Shown piece by piece: positions 61,080-64,000 of a DNA stretch of 64,000 nt (within the stretch, counting starts at the first letter, position 1; each line of letters opens with the position of its first letter). Both the position numbers and the translations under genes were made by a program. The notes under the pieces were generated by a model. That model was given only the letters and a program-made list of their open reading frames with translations, was not told the origin of the DNA and did no database searches. The DNA is taken from assembly GCA_918797485.1 (NCBI GenBank), contig CAKKNE010000004.1, positions 2,604,001-2,668,000 on the forward strand, read 5' to 3'. This stretch comes from Pelagomonas calceolata. Taxonomy: Eukaryota.

Positions 61080-61625
61080 TATCGGGAGGGCTTGGCCCTC
61101 GGCGTGGCTGTCGCGGGCGCGGCGCCGGCTTGGAGGCTGCCTCGCGGCGGCGGCGTGGGGTGGGGGTAAATTCCGCTCGCTGCGCGCCCCTGGAGGTGAG
61201 TTGTTCGTCTCCAGCGCAGAGAGCAGTCCCAATTCAGACTGTGCTCCAGCACAGCTCTCTGCGGCGTGGAATTTGGAATTTGAATCTAAAACGACAGGCG
61301 CGCCCGAGCGATGGGCCCGTGCGCGACGAGCCTTCGGAGGCCCAGACGCCTCGGGCGTCGATTGGAACCCGAATTTGGCTTTTTGGGGGGCAGCCCACAC
61401 TGTTTTTTGCTCCGAAAGCGGCGCGCGCGGGCTGCCGAACCGGCGCGAACGCAAGAAGCCGTTCTCCTTTCTGTTCTGCTCTTTCGCACCGAGCCCTTTG
61501 TCAGGCCGCGCTGCATCTGCGTAGGGATCGGCTGCACAGCGCCATTCTGGTCGGTCGCAGCAGCCCGCGCTTTGGGAATCCCGCGTGGGGCTGGCGGCCT
61601 GTAGGGCACAAGCAAGCAAGCAACC

Positions 61626-64000
61626 ATGAACGTCACATCGCTGCGGCGGCCGGCGAACAAGCCGCGGCGCCCCGCCTGGCGCGCGCCGGGGCCGGCCAAG
61701 GTGCCGAGCTGGAGCGCGCGGCCGCCGGCGCAAGTCGTCCGCCGCACGACGCGGACGACGGTCGTCCAGGTCGACGACGCGCAGTTGTTCGCCGAGGAGG
61801 CGCCGCGCGCGCCGCCGGCGCGCGTCGCGGCCGCGCCGCCGCCGCCGCCGCCCGCGTGGTCGCCCGGCACGCCGCGCGCGGCGTCGCCGCCGCCGCCGCC
61901 CTTCGTGCACCAGGGCGTCGTCGAGTGGTCGCCGCCCCGGCCCGAGGACGCCGACGACGACATCGTCTGGGCGCGGCCCCGGCCGCTGCCGCGGCCCGCG
62001 CCGGCGCCCGTCCTCCAAGCGAGCGACAGAGCCGTCCGCGAGCAACAGCCGCCGCGGTCGCCCCTCGAGAAGCTCGAGTCGCTCGCGGCCGACGGCGACA
62101 GCGACGACGAGTCCGCGTCGATGCCCCGCGACAGCGACGACGCATCGAGCGCGGCGTCGCCGCCGGCGCGGCCGAATGTCCGCGACGACGACGGGCCCGC
62201 GTCGCCGACGACGATGGAGGCCGTCGGCCTGCTCGTCGAGCACGCCGCGCGGCTCGAGGACGAGGTCCGGCGCCGCACGGGCGTCCTCGAGGACGAGGTG
62301 ATCCGGCTGCGGACCGAGGGCGCGGCCCAGGAGACGGCCGCGCTCCGGGGCGAGCTCGCGGAGCTCCGGGCGGCGATCCTTGGCGCCGTCCGGCGCGACC
62401 CCGAGCCGCACGACGAGATTGAGAGACTGCGGGACGAGGTCGCAGAGCTCCGGGCCTCGGCGCGCCTGCCGCCCGAGGACTTAGGTGATGCGCTCGCCGC
62501 CGTCACGCGCGCCGCCGTCGACAAGGTCGCCGCCGTGCGGAACCAGGTGGCAGATCGGCACTGGGTACCGGAGGACGCCGTGGCGCCGACCGGCGTCGAA
62601 CAAGCTTCGGCAGATCGGCACCGAGCACAGGATGACGACGCCGCAGAGCGGACTGGCGTCGAACAAGCGTCGCCGGTAGGAGACGCGGCCGAGGACCCCT
62701 GGGCGCCGCTGACGACGGCCGACGGCCACGTCTACTGGTACCACACGGAGACGCACGAGACGACGTGGGAGCGGCCCGTGCCTCCTACGGCGCCGGCGGG
62801 CGCGGCGGAGGAGCTGGCGGCGACGGCCCGCGCGCTCGCCGCGCGGGACGCCCGGATCGCCGAGCTCGAGGCGAGGCTGGAGGCGGCCGCGGCGCCCGTC
62901 CCGGAGCCTACGCGGCAACCCGCCGCCGCCCCGGCGCCGCCGGCGGGCGCCTGGGCGCCGCTGACGGCGCCGACGGGCGACGTCTACTGGTACCATACCG
63001 AGACGCACGAGACGACGTGGGAGCGGCCCGTGCCCGTGGCTGCGCCGACGCCTGCTCCGCAACCCGTCGCCGCGCCGGAGGCCGTTCCTACCGCGCCGGC
63101 GCCCGTCTTTGCCCCGGCGCACACGGCTGCGCCGGAGCCCGCGTCTACGGCGGGCGGTCTCGCGGCGCAGCTCGAGCTGTGCTCGGCGCTCCAGGGCCTC
63201 GGCACGCTGCTGGACGGCCCGGACGCAGCCGCCGCGCCGCCGAGGCCCGACGACGCCAAGCTGGAGGGCCTCGTCGGCGACCTCATCGGCGCGCTGAAGA
63301 CCGACGCGGGCAAGCGCGACTTCGAGCGCCTCGCGGCGCAGCAGGCCGCGCGGGACGCCGACGCGCCTGCGGAGCCGGACGACTTCGTCTGGACGCCCGC
63401 CCGGCCGCCGACGCCTCCGGCCGCCCCCGCCGCGCCGACGCCTTCGGCTCAACACGAGTTCCAGTCGCGCCGCGCGTCGCTCAAGCGCGTGGTCCGTGAC
63501 GAGGCGCCGGCGCCCGACGCGCCCGCGCGCGCCGCAGTCGAGGAAACACGAGCCGAGGCCGAGGCCGAGAAAGCTCTGCGCGCCGAGAACGCGCGCCTCC
63601 GCGAGGAAATGGAGCGCGCCGCGGCGGCGCGCGAAGCCGAGAACGCACGCCTCCGCGCGGAGATGGAAGAGCTCCGGCGCGCCGCGGAACGGCCGGCGCC
63701 GCGCGACGACGCGACGACGGCCGCCGCGGCCCCGATCCTCGCCGAGCTCGAGGCGCGCGCCGCTCGCTTGCGCGAGCTCGAGGAGGCAGCCGTCGCGTCG
63801 GCCGCGGCGCGCGCCGCGGCGGATGCCGCGGCGGCGGCGCGCTGCGACCGCGCGTTCACGGCCATGGACGCCGCGGCGCAGGCCGCCTCCGAGGCGGCGG
63901 CGGCGGCCGCGCTGCCCGTGTTGCCTCCGGCCGCTCCCGCCGCGCCCACAGTAGCCGCGCTGCCCGTGGCACCGGCCGCCGCGCCGACGCCTCCGGCCGC
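61626..64000 (+). CDS. Large Pro/Ala-rich coiled-coil protein with two WW domains (3'-truncated by the window)
   Basis: Open frame from MNVTSLRR. WAPLTTADGHVYWYHTETHETTWERP (~62700) and WAPLTAPTGDVYWYHTETHETTWERP (~62952). Absent from the ORF track because it has no stop in the window. Confidence 0.8.
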   Translation, partial: MNVTSLRRPANKPRRPAWRAPGPAKVPSWSARPPAQVVRRTTRTTVVQVDDAQLFAEEAPRAPPARVAAAPPPPPPAWSPGTPRAASPPPPPFVHQGVVEWSPPRPEDADDDIVWARPRPLPRPAPAPVLQASDRAVREQQPPRSPLEKLESLAADGDSDDESASMPRDSDDASSAASPPARPNVRDDDGPASPTTMEAVGLLVEHAARLEDEVRRRTGVLEDEVIRLRTEGAAQETAALRGELAELRAAILGAVRRDPEPHDEIERLRDEVAELRASARLPPEDLGDALAAVTRAAVDKVAAVRNQVADRHWVPEDAVAPTGVEQASADRHRAQDDDAAERTGVEQASPVGDAAEDPWAPLTTADGHVYWYHTETHETTWERPVPPTAPAGAAEELAATARALAARDARIAELEARLEAAAAPVPEPTRQPAAAPAPPAGAWAPLTAPTGDVYWYHTETHETTWERPVPVAAPTPAPQPVAAPEAVPTAPAPVFAPAHTAAPEPASTAGGLAAQLELCSALQGLGTLLDGPDAAAAPPRPDDAKLEGLVGDLIGALKTDAGKRDFERLAAQQAARDADAPAEPDDFVWTPARPPTPPAAPAAPTPSAQHEFQSRRASLKRVVRDEAPAPDAPARAAVEETRAEAEAEKALRAENARLREEMERAAAAREAENARLRAEMEELRRAAERPAPRDDATTAAAAPILAELEARAARLRELEEAAVASAAARAAADAAAAARCDRAFTAMDAAAQAASEAAAAAALPVLPPAAPAAPTVAALPVAPAAAPTPPA

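Noticed and set aside
60357..63949. Long Arg/Ala-rich ORFs (684, 531, 412, 324 aa) in the track
   Set aside because: They are shadow frames of the unterminated WW-domain gene starting at 61626. Only 60357-61079 of the 684-aa ORF looks real.

Overview
GC-rich, gene-dense eukaryotic nuclear DNA. The best fit is a pelagophyte alga (Pelagomonas/Aureococcus-like); this is inferred from the compact gene layout, stramenopile-type proteins and transposon-derived 'introner' introns with CTGTGTGGAAATC...GATTTCCACACAG ends and 8-bp target-site duplications. There are about 40 protein genes, mostly housekeeping: mtHSP70, TIM9, UTP25, HID1, DCAF7, Derlin, SmF, TAD2, CHERP-like, a GH47 mannosidase and H2A.X. 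The most notable non-coding structures are: (1) a 22-bp CTAG-N14-CTAG motif (CTAGCGGCCTGTAAGACACTAG) upstream of most genes, plus a second, strand-specific motif (GTTACGGTGCTAGGACTAGTGGGCGG) 50-150 bp after stop codons at head-to-tail junctions, together suggesting a promoter/terminator grammar; (2) an intact tRNA-Arg(UCG) inside the intron separating the H2A core from its SQEY (H2A.X) tail exon; (3) an 801-bp foldback element with self-palindromic 28-bp ends and a 4-bp TSD, inserted into one copy of the 3' motif; (4) a six-copy ~750-bp non-coding tandem array with the promoter motif in every unit. All coordinates and matches were read by eye; no searches were run.
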